Shown: positions 9,030 through 17,926 of the stretch, piece by piece
How positions within the stretch are numbered: the stretch's first letter is position 1
Layout: each line of letters begins with the position of its first letter
Assembly (NCBI GenBank): GCA_023474215.1
Contig: JAMCYI010000006.1
Location: forward strand, 1,452-65,451
Source of the DNA: Patescibacteria group bacterium
GTDB lineage: Bacteria; Patescibacteriota; Minisyncoccia; UBA6257; GWB1-50-10
Length of the DNA: 64,000 nucleotides
Reading direction: 5' to 3'
Program-made: the position numbers and the translations under genes
Notes under the pieces: generated by a model
Told to the model about the DNA's origin: nothing
Seen by the model: the letters and a program-made list of their open reading frames with translations, nothing else
Database searches by the model: none

Positions 9030-9328
9030 AAAAGACAAACACGGAAATTCTCGAAAAACAATTCCGGTCGCTGAAGCTCTCCAACCGACACGACGACCGC
9101 CGCAATGCAGCGGAACATGCTTACGCCTTGGCCGTTATCTTCAAAAACCAAGGCAAGATGCAGAAAGCCCGCCAGTTTGCAAAAGCGTCGATCGATCTCT
9201 TCGACGAAAATCAGGGGAAAAATCCGAACGACTACGCTCCCCAAAATGTCACAATCGGTGACGTTCCCATGCCGAGCTCGTACATTCACAGCGGTGTCGT
9301 CAAAGACCGCCTGAAAGCCCTCTTCTAA
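9026..9328 (+). CDS. hypothetical protein (start at internal MKKTNTE, overlapping the ndk stop)
   Basis: ORF with an ATGA-type overlap with ndk. Confidence 0.4.
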   Translation: MKKTNTEILEKQFRSLKLSNRHDDRRNAAEHAYALAVIFKNQGKMQKARQFAKASIDLFDENQGKNPNDYAPQNVTIGDVPMPSSYIHSGVVKDRLKALF

Positions 9329-9335
9329 ACGATAT

Positions 9336-9384
9336 AAAGGCCCCCGTGGCCGGCCACTTCTTCGGAAGTGGCTTTCTCTTTTTC
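9336..9384 (+). terminator. rho-independent terminator (gccacttc-ttcg-gaagtggc followed by tttctcttttt)
   Basis: Hairpin and T-run seen directly. Confidence 0.65.
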
Positions 9385-9402
9385 AGCTCCCTCTTTACTT
9401 TG

Positions 9403-9474
9403 GCCCCCCGTTCTCCTCGAATTTTCGAAGGAGAGCGGGGGGCCTGCAATTTTTGAAGGAGAGCGGGGGGCGGA
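9403..9474. repeat. tandem ~29-nt repeat element 'aattttYgaaggagagcggggggcc' x2 preceded by a complementary arm. Other copies at 29054..29124 and, in reverse orientation, 28..51.
   Basis: Near-identical sequence at three loci. Forms an imperfect hairpin. The ORFs 9368..9625 and 28922..29233 in the track are artefacts of this repeat. Confidence 0.6.
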
Positions 9475-9629
9475 AACTTTGGGGATAAATGAAAACGCCG
9501 GGCATAAAGCCCGACGTTATAAGAAAAAGAGGGGGTGTGGCCCTTTTAGGACCCCTAGGACCCGGCCACGGGGTTTCTTTTCCCAGGGGACATTACAGTA
9601 TACGTTAAATCCGCCCAAAATGTAACAGG

Positions 9630-10979
9630 CTAGTTATCCCCACCTCCGCTATTGTCGCCTCCCCTGTTATTCATCATGTTTTGGAGCTGCGGCAAGATGC
9701 CGTTCAGCGAGGATGTTGCCGGCATCATGGGAGCATTATCGCCTCCCGGCCGAACCGGCATGCCTGCCGGCCCTTGCCCCTGCCCTTCTCCTTCACCCGA
9801 TTGCGTGCTCGTCCCGAATGCCTGCACACAACTTGCAATGATCTGGCCGAGATTCGTGCTCGACGGATTTGCAAGAAGGTACGGCTGGACGCAGCTCTTC
9901 ACCCGGTCCGGCAAATTCATGCCGTCAAGCTGGTTTTGTATCGATTCCCGGTTCCGCTCTTGATTCTGAGTATCCCCTTGGTTTTGCTCTTGATTCTGAT
10001 TTTGCTCTTGAGTGCTCGTCTGACTTTGTTCCCCTTCCGGAGCTTGGCTTTCCGGACCCTTCAAGCATTCCTTGATCCGCTCCCCCATATCGGGGGCAAT
10101 CGCGCCGAAATTCCCTTCTTGTAGGTCGGGGATCGTCGACGTTCCGATATTTTGAAGACAGCCCTGCACCGTCGTCGAAGCGTTTTGGATCAAATTCTGG
10201 AATCTGTTTTGGATCTGGTTCTTGTAAGCATTGAAGCACGAGGCGACGGCGGCGCTCGTCGAAGCGTTCGGCGTGATGTTCCCGCTTTCAAGTTCGCCGA
10301 CCGCATTGTCGCCGAGTTCGCCCTTCAAGCAGGAGACCACCTGCCCCGGGAATGCGGTAAGGCCGATTTTCAAGCCCGTCGCGCTTTGCTGGATGTTTTT
10401 CGCCTGCACTTCAGAGATCAAGCCGTTCTGCTTTGCGAAGTTCAAACATACGCTTTGATTCTGCGGATTATTGCAGAATGCGGTGCACGATTGTTCCGAA
10501 TCGCAGCCGCCGGGCCCTTTGCCTGCATTTTGCTGGATCGCCTGCACTTGCGCTTGACTTACGAATCCCTCCCGTTCGGCAAAGGCCAAACATTCGCTCG
10601 CATGGCTTGAATCCGAACAGTATGTGCGGCATTCGCCCGCCGAAGAACAATTTCCCGGCGTTCCCCCGCTTTGGATCAAGGAAAGGAACGACTGCGCCCG
10701 ACGGACCTGCTCTTGCGTCATCAAATGATTTTGTTCGGCAAAAGCAAGGCAAGCATTTTCATTCGCCGGATTATTGCAATAGGTCCGGCAATCGTTGACG
10801 CTCCCGCAATTCCCGAGCGCTGCGATCGGATATTGCAAAGACGACGGCGAAACGATCGTACTCGACGCCGACGTCGTGACCGTCGTCGTTTGAGCGTTTG
10901 TCACGAGAACGTGCGACACAAAAAGCCCCATCCCGAGAATGACCACCGACAAAGCGATGGAAAAAGTTTTGTTTTTCAT
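9630..10979 (-). CDS. secreted Cys-rich repeat protein: four ~45-aa repeats with CxxxxCxxxCx8C spacing plus a Q/N/E-rich linker
   Basis: N-terminal signal peptide. Repeats 'NCGSVNDCRTYCNNPANENACLAFAEQNHL..', 'NCSSAGECRTYCSDSSHASECLAFAEREGF..', 'GCDSEQSCTAFCNNPQNQSVCLNFAKQNGL..' and a degenerate fourth. Confidence 0.6.
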   Translation of the reverse strand: MKNKTFSIALSVVILGMGLFVSHVLVTNAQTTTVTTSASSTIVSPSSLQYPIAALGNCGSVNDCRTYCNNPANENACLAFAEQNHLMTQEQVRRAQSFLSLIQSGGTPGNCSSAGECRTYCSDSSHASECLAFAEREGFVSQAQVQAIQQNAGKGPGGCDSEQSCTAFCNNPQNQSVCLNFAKQNGLISEVQAKNIQQSATGLKIGLTAFPGQVVSCLKGELGDNAVGELESGNITPNASTSAAVASCFNAYKNQIQNRFQNLIQNASTTVQGCLQNIGTSTIPDLQEGNFGAIAPDMGERIKECLKGPESQAPEGEQSQTSTQEQNQNQEQNQGDTQNQERNRESIQNQLDGMNLPDRVKSCVQPYLLANPSSTNLGQIIASCVQAFGTSTQSGEGEGQGQGPAGMPVRPGGDNAPMMPATSSLNGILPQLQNMMNNRGGDNSGGGDN

Positions 10980-10980
10980 G

Positions 10981-11220
10981 TTATTGGCCGAATGGATTGG
11001 TTTGCGGCAAGCTCTGCGGTACCGCAGCTTGGGGAGCGACGTTCGAGTAGATCTGAGCTCCCAAGCTCTGCGTGCTGCTGGTGGTGGCAGGAGCAGCCGG
11101 CGCCGAGTTCGCGTTCGAGGCAGGAGTTTGAGGCTTCGCTCCCACGAAAACGAAGAACACGACGAGGGCGACCACTAAAACCACTATAGCTACAACGAGC
11201 CAGGTTATTTGAGGTTTCAT
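10981..11220 (-). CDS. small membrane-anchored protein with a Pro/Ala/Ser-rich tail (hypothetical)
   Basis: A TM helix followed by a low-complexity segment. Confidence 0.35.
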   Translation of the reverse strand: MKPQITWLVVAIVVLVVALVVFFVFVGAKPQTPASNANSAPAAPATTSSTQSLGAQIYSNVAPQAAVPQSLPQTNPFGQ

Positions 11221-11242
11221 ACTTTTATTATACCAAAAAGCG

Positions 11243-12442
11243 CTACGCAATTCTCACGAGCTCGTTGAATTTGAAAATCCGCTCCCGGGCGGGGGCGCCG
11301 ATCTTCACGCCGTATGCGCCTGCAGCCTTCGCTACATGGATGATAAATGCGTCGTCGGTCTCTCCCGATCGGTGGGAAACGATGGTCCGTATCCCCCTCT
11401 CGTGGGCGCCTTGTACGGCCTCGATCGCTTCGGTCACCGTCCCCGCCTGGTTCGGCTTTATGATAACGCCCCCGATCAACCCCTTTTCCGCACATTCTTC
11501 GATGAGTCGGCGGTTGGTCACCGTAAGATCGTCGCCCACCACTATCCTCCCTTCGAGTTTCTTTGAAAGCAAAGCAAAGCCCGCCGTGTCGCGTTCCGAA
11601 AATGGATCTTCGATGGAATACAAAGCCGGGACTTTCTTGCAATACCCTTCGTAAATCCCGGCAAGCTTCGGAGCGGTCACTTTTTTGCCGCCGAAGGAAT
11701 ACGCACCGCCGGAGAAGAATCCATTCGCCGCGGCATCCATTCCCAAGCGGAAGGTTCCGGACAAACCCTTCTTCCGTACGAGGTCCGAGAGGATGGCCAA
11801 CGGCTCAAAGTTATTTTTGAAATCCAAAGAATACCCGCCCTCGTCGCCGATCGGAATGTTCGAAACGCGTTTCATCGTGCCGAGTTTTTCGCCGAGGTCG
11901 CGGTAAAACGAAATGAGCCTTTTGACCGCGCTCTTCACGTCGCCCTGCGTCTTGACGAGCACCATATACTCCTGGATATCGAGATCGTTCCGGGCGTGCT
12001 CGCCGCCGTTTATGAGATTCGAAAATATCACGGGCTTCCACGTCCTCTGTGCCGCCTTTCCAAAGAATTCCTTTTGCAAGGATTCCCACAGTTCCATTTT
12101 TCGGTTTGCCGACAGGGCGCGCGCAAAGGCCATGGAAAGCCCCAGCATCACGTTGCCGCCGATCATGCGCTTGTCCTCCGTTCCGTCGAGTTTGATCAAA
12201 AATTCGTCGAACGATCGCTGATTCGGAAAATCCTTCCCTTTCAGCGCAGCAAGTCTTCTTAAATTCTTCGCACTCGATGCTTCGGTAAAGCCTACGACCG
12301 CGGCTTCGCGCGATCCCCGGCTCTTGCCGGCCGGAACCGATGCGTAAAAGGCAAAGCCGTTACCGACCGCAATGCCCGCTTCGATCGTGGAATTTCCCCG
12401 CGAGTCGAAGATCTCGTCGATTGCAAAATCTTTTACCCTCAT
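11243..12442 (-). CDS. eno: enolase (phosphopyruvate hydratase)
   Basis: 399 aa with the SHRSGETED-type motif (SHRSGETDD) and overall enolase-like sequence. Confidence 0.9.
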   Translation of the reverse strand: MRVKDFAIDEIFDSRGNSTIEAGIAVGNGFAFYASVPAGKSRGSREAAVVGFTEASSAKNLRRLAALKGKDFPNQRSFDEFLIKLDGTEDKRMIGGNVMLGLSMAFARALSANRKMELWESLQKEFFGKAAQRTWKPVIFSNLINGGEHARNDLDIQEYMVLVKTQGDVKSAVKRLISFYRDLGEKLGTMKRVSNIPIGDEGGYSLDFKNNFEPLAILSDLVRKKGLSGTFRLGMDAAANGFFSGGAYSFGGKKVTAPKLAGIYEGYCKKVPALYSIEDPFSERDTAGFALLSKKLEGRIVVGDDLTVTNRRLIEECAEKGLIGGVIIKPNQAGTVTEAIEAVQGAHERGIRTIVSHRSGETDDAFIIHVAKAAGAYGVKIGAPARERIFKFNELVRIA

Positions 12443-12446
12443 TCTC

Positions 12447-13454
12447 TTACTCTTTCACCACGTTCGTCGGCGTGCCGGATGCGAACGCTTTGATATTTCC
12501 GATTGTCGTTGCAAGGATCCGCTGGAGCGCCTCTTTGGTGTTGAATGCATTGTGCGGAGTGATGAGAACTTTCGGATGCTTCATCAACATATCATTCTCG
12601 AGCACGGTCTTCAAACCTCCCCCCGCTGCCGCCGAACCCGACAAAAACTCGAACTCGTTCTTCGTGCCGCCTTCTTCCTCCAAAACATCCAACGCGACAC
12701 CGCCGAAAATATCCTCTTTGAGCCCCTGGATCACCGCATCGGTCTCAACCACCGCACCGCGGGACGTGTTCACGAGATATACCCCCTTCTTGAGAAGCGA
12801 TACGTTCTTCGTATTGATCAAATGTTCCGTTTGGGGCGTCAGCGGGCAATGCAGCGAGATCGCATCCGCGCTCTTCAAAAGCTCCTCGAGCGTGACATAC
12901 TTGACGTCGAACGCTTTTGCAAAATCATAGTCGGGATAAAGATCGTACGCATAGACCGTCATGCCGAATCCTTTTGCGATCCGAATCGCTTCCTTTCCAA
13001 TGCGGCCGGTCCCCACGATGCCCATGATCTTTCCCTTCAAATCGATCCCTTCAAGGCCCTCCAGCGAGAACGATTCCGTTTCTTTGACTTGATCGATCGC
13101 CCAATAAATCCGGCGCGTGAGGTTCAACAGGAGGCCGAACGCATACTCGGCGACGGTATTGTCGCCGTACCCCGGCACAGAGCTCACCGTGATCCCTTTC
13201 GCCCGGCACGCCGCAAGGTCGATGTGGTCGAAACCGGTCGAGCGCGTCGTGATGAGCTTGACGTTCGGGAAATTCCCCACGATCGAGGCGTCGATCTTTG
13301 TACCGATGAAAGTCGAAATGACGTCGAAATCCTTCTCTGGAGGCAGATTTTCCGCCGTAAGCTTTTCCTTCGAATAATAGACCTCATCCGTCGGGAAGGA
13401 TTGTTTGATCGTTTCGTTTTCCCACCCCTCTAATTCAAAGAATGCAATTTTCAT
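12447..13454 (-). CDS. D-isomer-specific 2-hydroxyacid dehydrogenase (NAD-binding GxGxxG 'GIVGTGRIG')
   Basis: Rossmann motif, a catalytic-region 'SLHCPLT..TEHLIN', and a conserved C-terminal region. Confidence 0.8.
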   Translation of the reverse strand: MKIAFFELEGWENETIKQSFPTDEVYYSKEKLTAENLPPEKDFDVISTFIGTKIDASIVGNFPNVKLITTRSTGFDHIDLAACRAKGITVSSVPGYGDNTVAEYAFGLLLNLTRRIYWAIDQVKETESFSLEGLEGIDLKGKIMGIVGTGRIGKEAIRIAKGFGMTVYAYDLYPDYDFAKAFDVKYVTLEELLKSADAISLHCPLTPQTEHLINTKNVSLLKKGVYLVNTSRGAVVETDAVIQGLKEDIFGGVALDVLEEEGGTKNEFEFLSGSAAAGGGLKTVLENDMLMKHPKVLITPHNAFNTKEALQRILATTIGNIKAFASGTPTNVVKE

Positions 13455-13519
13455 AATTTGATTATAGCACGGGCGACCCGTATTGAGCACCCGGCATTCG
13501 GCGAATTATAATAGAACAT

Positions 13520-14212
13520 ATGAATACTTACCAATCAAAATTATTGAAGAAAGAGGAGGTCGCACGAGGCACGACGGCCTTCCACTTCGAAAAACCGAAA
13601 GGGTTCACGTTCGTGGCCGGTCAGTACGCCGACCTCACCATCCTCGATCCCGCAGAAACCGACCAAGAAGGCAACATCCGGACATTCTCGATCGCGAGCG
13701 CTCCCTTCGACCCCGATCTCGTCTTCGCGACCCGCATGCGCGATACCGCATTCAAGCGGCAACTCGGAAAGATGCCCGAAGGCACGGCGCTTCAGATCGA
13801 CGGGCCGTACGGATCGTTCACGCTCCACGCGAAAAAGGAACGCCCAGCCGTCTTCATCGCCGGCGGCATCGGCATCACACCCTTCATGAGCATCCTTAGA
13901 ACCGCGGGGAAGGAAAAACCCGACCGGAAATTCTATCTTTTTTATTCCAATCATGCCAAAAATGACGCCGCATTTCTCGACGAGCTTTCGCGCTTGACCG
14001 AAGAAATACCGGATTTCACGTTCGTCCCCGTCATGTCGGATACGGAAGGGCATATCACCGACCAAACCGTCAGGAAGCACATTCAGCGCATCGACGGCCC
14101 CGTTTATTATCTTGCAGGACCCCCGGCGATGGTCGCCGCCATGCGGGAAATGCTTGCTGGTATGGGCATTTCCGAAGATGACATTCGATTCGAGGAATTC
14201 AGCGGCTACTAG
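13520..14212 (+). CDS. FAD/NAD(P)-binding oxidoreductase (ferredoxin-NADP reductase-like fold)
   Basis: 'RTFSIAS' FAD-binding and 'FIAGGIGITP' NAD-binding motifs. Confidence 0.65.
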   Translation: MNTYQSKLLKKEEVARGTTAFHFEKPKGFTFVAGQYADLTILDPAETDQEGNIRTFSIASAPFDPDLVFATRMRDTAFKRQLGKMPEGTALQIDGPYGSFTLHAKKERPAVFIAGGIGITPFMSILRTAGKEKPDRKFYLFYSNHAKNDAAFLDELSRLTEEIPDFTFVPVMSDTEGHITDQTVRKHIQRIDGPVYYLAGPPAMVAAMREMLAGMGISEDDIRFEEFSGY

Positions 14213-14224
14213 AGTTAACAAAAT

Positions 14225-14356
14225 TTTAATTTCAAAATCTTAAATTCTAAATAAATTCCAATGTTCCAAATTCAAAATACTAAACCCGCGCGTTTCGGTC
14301 ATTATGATTTTTGATTTCGGTATTGTTTAGGATTTAGTGCTTAGGATTTAGAGTTT
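14225..14356. repeat. ~130-150-bp AT-rich element with imperfect terminal inverted repeats (ctaaatcctaa / ttaggatttag). Second copy at 59590..59743.
   Basis: The two loci align at roughly 80% identity over more than 100 nt. Palindromic arms visible. Confidence 0.55.
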
Positions 14357-14367
14357 CGACTAAATTT

Positions 14368-15033
14368 ATGACTTCAGAGCAACTAAAAATAAGAAAAGCT
14401 CGCGCGAGGAAAATTGTTGCTACTTTGAAAAAGCTTTTCCCGAAAGCCTCGATCGCCCTCACATACCGCACCAACTGGGAACTTTTGGTTGCCGTCGAAC
14501 TCTCGGCCCAGTGCACGGACAAGAAAGTAAACGAAGTGACAAAGGAGCTTTTCAAGAAATACTGGAAATTGGATGACTACGTGCATGCCAAGCAAAGCGA
14601 ATTCGAACAAGATATTCGGGCGACCGGCTTTTACCGCAATAAAGCGAGGAACATCCTCGCGGCGGCGAAGATCGTGAAAGAAAAATTCCACGGGAAGATC
14701 CCGCGGACCATGGAAGAAATCCTCACCATTCCCGGCGTCGCGCGGAAGACGGCGAACGTCGTCCTCGGGAACGCGTACGGCGTCGTGGAAGGGATCGCCG
14801 TCGACACCCACGTGCGGCGGCTCGCCTTGAAGCTCGGCCTCACCGACCACGACGATCCCGTGAAGATCGAACGGGATCTCATGGAGATCTTCCCGAAGAA
14901 AGACTGGTTCAAGCTCACGTACTGGCTCATTGAATACGGACGGCACGTGTGCCCCGCGCGCCCGCACGATTGCATAAATCATCCATTGACGAAAATTTAT
15001 CCGCCGGCCGCAAACATCTGGCCGAAGCACTAG
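14368..15033 (+). CDS. nth: endonuclease III (HhH-GPD DNA glycosylase)
   Basis: HhH-GPD region 'LTIPGVARKTANVVL' and a C-terminal Cys cluster. Confidence 0.8.
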   Translation: MTSEQLKIRKARARKIVATLKKLFPKASIALTYRTNWELLVAVELSAQCTDKKVNEVTKELFKKYWKLDDYVHAKQSEFEQDIRATGFYRNKARNILAAAKIVKEKFHGKIPRTMEEILTIPGVARKTANVVLGNAYGVVEGIAVDTHVRRLALKLGLTDHDDPVKIERDLMEIFPKKDWFKLTYWLIEYGRHVCPARPHDCINHPLTKIYPPAANIWPKH

Positions 15034-15040
15034 GGGCCCA

Positions 15041-15109
15041 CTGATTACCTCTTTCTCAGGCTGTCTCCGGGGCGACGCCCAAGTCTTAGCCTTCGTAAGA
15101 GGTAATCAG
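15041..15109 (+). terminator. terminator-like element: a conserved 41-nt core 'tctcaggctgtctccggggcgacgcccaagtcttagccttcg' enclosed by a 13-bp helix, then 'gctcgcttttg'
   Basis: Perfect arms ctgattacctctt/aagaggtaatcag. The core recurs at 21688..21729 and, reverse-complemented, at 40534..40574. Confidence 0.55.
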
Positions 15110-15190
15110 CTCGCTTTTGAGAGATTGAAGATAGGGTTTAGGGATCAGGAGCTTTTTACTATACCCCATACCCTATTCCCTGTACCCTCG

Positions 15191-15532
15191 CTAATAGGCT
15201 TTTTGGGTGACGTTCTCGCATCCCGGAGGGATGATGCACCGCGTTCCGACGTCCGGCCCCGGCATGCAGTTCACCCACTCCGGGCAGCTCGAAAGCGCCT
15301 TCGTGCTCGATTCATCGATGGGTGCAGCGGCGGTCGACGTCGCTGCAGGTGCCGCGGACTCGCCGCATTCCGATACCGGCATCGGCGCCGATGGATGTCC
15401 GTGCTCAACCCACTGACCATTGACGCAAAGCCATGCGTCTTCGCCACTCCCAATGAGCCTTCCGACGGCCGCCACGACGGCAATGAGAAACAAAATGCTC
15501 CCGAAAAGCAAGACCCCCTTTTTCTTTTGCAT
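15191..15532 (-). CDS. hypothetical secreted or membrane-anchored Cys-containing protein
   Basis: N-terminal hydrophobic helix. 113 aa. Confidence 0.35.
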   Translation of the reverse strand: MQKKKGVLLFGSILFLIAVVAAVGRLIGSGEDAWLCVNGQWVEHGHPSAPMPVSECGESAAPAATSTAAAPIDESSTKALSSCPEWVNCMPGPDVGTRCIIPPGCENVTQKAY

Positions 15533-15539
15533 ATTTCAA

Positions 15540-17459
15540 CTATACCACAGTCGCCTTGAGCTTCGTCTTCAAAAAATAGATCTGAAAAACGTTCACGACG
15601 GGGAAAAAGTCCGTCACGAAGTTGTAGGCAGCGGCGCCCGTCGGACCCAAGACGCCGCCGAAAACCAAGACCAAGCCGAGCGCGTTCGTGACCCCCCAAA
15701 TCCAGAAATTGTTGTTGATGATCCGCATCGATTTTTTGCTCAAAAACATGAGCTCGGGGATCTTTTTCACGCTGTCGTGCATCAAGGCGATGTCGGCCGC
15801 TTCGATCGCCGCATCCGACCCGATCGCGCCCATCGCGATCGACACATCCGCAAGCGCGAGCGATGCTGCGTCGTTCACGCCATCCCCCATCATGGCGAGA
15901 TCGCCGGGATATTTTTTCTTGATCTCTTTCAGGATCCGAAGCTTATCTTCCGGCTTCAAATTGGCGTGGTACTCGTCGAGGCCGACCTCGTCGGAAACTT
16001 TCTTCGCCACCCGCTCATTGTCACCGGTAAGCATAATCCAATGTTCGGCACCAAGCTTTCTTGTTTCGGCAACGCTCGACTTCGCGAGTGGCCGCAGTTC
16101 ATCCTCCATAACCATGAGACCGACGAGGCGCCCGTCGGATCCGAAAGCGGTCAAACTGTATCCCTTCTCCTCCAGTTCGGCTATTTTTTTCTTTTCCTCT
16201 TCGGTGAATTTTATTCCGTTTGATTCCAAAAACGATATCTTCCCGGCATAGTAGCTTTTCTTTTCCTTGGTAACGGCAATACCGTCTCCCGGCGTTTCGT
16301 GGAACTCGTCCGGCGACGGGAACGATATGCCTTTTTCTTTCAAGAACTTCAGCATCGCGAGGCTCACCGGATGGCGGGAATTCACCTGGCAGGTCCCCAC
16401 GAGTTTCAGAAAATCGTTTTCGGCGATGTCGCCGAACCGGACGATGTCGACGACATGCGCCATCCCTTTCGTGAGTGTGCCGGTCTTGTCGGTCACGAAC
16501 GTCTTAAGCTTCCGGATCCTCTCGAAGATGGCCGCACCTTTCACGATGACACCTTCTTTGCCCGCCTTTGCGATCGCGATCGTGAACCCGAGAGGCACCG
16601 CAACCGCAATATCGTCGGCACACGTCACGAGAAGAACGGAAAGAACGAGATTCAAGTCGCCGGAAGCAACATACAAAATGAATGAACCTACAAGGGAAAG
16701 GATGATGTAATACGTACTGAACCGGTCGGCGATCCGCTCGATCGACGTCTTCGCGCGCGAGGCCTCATCGACGAGCGCGATCATCTTCGCGAGCGTCGTG
16801 TCGGCGCCGACCTTCTCCGCCCGCACGAGAAGCGAGCCGGAATCGTTCAAGGTGGAACTCCAAACTTTGTCTCCCTCTTTCTTCGTCACATGCTCGCTCT
16901 CACCCGTCAAGGATGACTCATCGATGCTTGCTTGACCCTGAACAATCGCCCCGTCGACCGGGACCCGTTCGCCCGATTCAACGACGACGAGGTCGCCGAT
17001 TTTCACTCGGTCAATTGGGATCTCTTCCAATTTGTCACCCACTTTGATTTTCACCCGGTCCGGTCGGAGTTTCATGAGGTGCTCAATCACATGCTTCGTC
17101 CGGACTTCCGTGAAATTGTCGAAAAGGCGGGCGGAAGCGAGCATCAAGTTGATAAAGGCGGCCGAAAGCCACTCGCCTTTGATGAACGTGAAGGCGAGCG
17201 CGATCGAAGCCAAAAGATCTATCGTGATCTTCCGGCGCCAGATCGCTTTTGCTGCGCTCCATGCGACCGGCAGAACGCCCGCGATGGAAACGATGACCAA
17301 GATGTTGTTTTCAAGGGCCGGAGAAAAGAATTTCAGCCATGCCGAAAGAAGCGCTACAACCAAAACGGCGATGAGCGCTTCGTTGAAGGCGATGTTCCAG
17401 CGAAGATCCCCTTTTTCCTGTTCCTTATTTTTTTCTTTATCTTTTCTTTCCTGCAACAA
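15540..17459 (-). CDS. cation-transporting P-type ATPase (P1B-like, no N-terminal metal-binding domain; TM motif 'TCADD' rather than CPC)
   Basis: DKTGTLT phosphorylation site and the GDGVNDAASLALADVSIAMG hinge. Actuator-domain TGES motif present ('SLTGESEH'). Confidence 0.8.
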   Translation of the reverse strand: MLQERKDKEKNKEQEKGDLRWNIAFNEALIAVLVVALLSAWLKFFSPALENNILVIVSIAGVLPVAWSAAKAIWRRKITIDLLASIALAFTFIKGEWLSAAFINLMLASARLFDNFTEVRTKHVIEHLMKLRPDRVKIKVGDKLEEIPIDRVKIGDLVVVESGERVPVDGAIVQGQASIDESSLTGESEHVTKKEGDKVWSSTLNDSGSLLVRAEKVGADTTLAKMIALVDEASRAKTSIERIADRFSTYYIILSLVGSFILYVASGDLNLVLSVLLVTCADDIAVAVPLGFTIAIAKAGKEGVIVKGAAIFERIRKLKTFVTDKTGTLTKGMAHVVDIVRFGDIAENDFLKLVGTCQVNSRHPVSLAMLKFLKEKGISFPSPDEFHETPGDGIAVTKEKKSYYAGKISFLESNGIKFTEEEKKKIAELEEKGYSLTAFGSDGRLVGLMVMEDELRPLAKSSVAETRKLGAEHWIMLTGDNERVAKKVSDEVGLDEYHANLKPEDKLRILKEIKKKYPGDLAMMGDGVNDAASLALADVSIAMGAIGSDAAIEAADIALMHDSVKKIPELMFLSKKSMRIINNNFWIWGVTNALGLVLVFGGVLGPTGAAAYNFVTDFFPVVNVFQIYFLKTKLKATVV

Positions 17460-17471
17460 TCAAATTCTACC

Positions 17472-17512
17472 ATACCAAAAGGAAAACGGCTGTCATCGCG
17501 CGTATGACAGCC
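17472..17512 (-). terminator. rho-independent terminator for 17532..17819 (ggctgtcat-cgcgcgt-atgacagcc, then on the minus strand GTTTTCCTTTTGG)
   Basis: Perfect 9-bp stem and T-run seen directly. Confidence 0.6.
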
Positions 17513-17531
17513 GCAGGTTTTGGGGGAAATC

Positions 17532-17819
17532 CTATCCCCCGAGGTTTCCGAGATTCCAGAGCTCGTCCGAATCCATCGATCCGATTGGAATGCCAACCGG
17601 GTAACAATCTCCGACGCCGGCCGTTACAGGGATGGTAACTCCCTTAAAAATGAGAATTTCTCCCTTCTGGAGCGAGCCATGGTACTTGCTCATGCACACA
17701 CCGCAAAGAACTCCGATCTTTTCATTGTTCTTCTGAAGAACATACACCGTTTCCCCATTCTTAACGAGACCACGGTGTGCAACGCAATGCACGAGCGTTT
17801 CCATCTCAACTTGATCCAT
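17532..17819 (-). CDS. hypothetical protein (start at internal MDQVEM)
   Basis: ORF only. Lies between a terminator and ppsA. Confidence 0.3.
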   Translation of the reverse strand: MDQVEMETLVHCVAHRGLVKNGETVYVLQKNNEKIGVLCGVCMSKYHGSLQKGEILIFKGVTIPVTAGVGDCYPVGIPIGSMDSDELWNLGNLGG

Positions 17820-17926
17820 ATTGATGCCTCTCTTTTTTGAGTGATCAGATAATGGAAGATAGCAAAAAGAACAAACTCTATGGTTTTCAATATACCAGAA
17901 AATTGACAAAATGTCAATCCTCCAGC

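Noticed and set aside
9368-9625. 85-aa ORF (and 28922..29233) with a shared 'PPVLLEFxKESGGPxIFEGERGAE' peptide
   Set aside because: The similarity arises because both span copies of the tandem 29-nt non-coding repeat. They lie in terminator-rich intergenic DNA.
10000-10300. Q/N-rich segment of the secreted repeat protein as a prion-like or coiled-coil domain
   Set aside because: It is too short and is interspersed with charged residues. It is better described as a flexible low-complexity linker.
14334-14555. 73-aa minus-strand ORF crossing the nth start region
   Set aside because: It lies within the AT-rich inverted-repeat element and overlaps the nth 5' end. Low-complexity translation.
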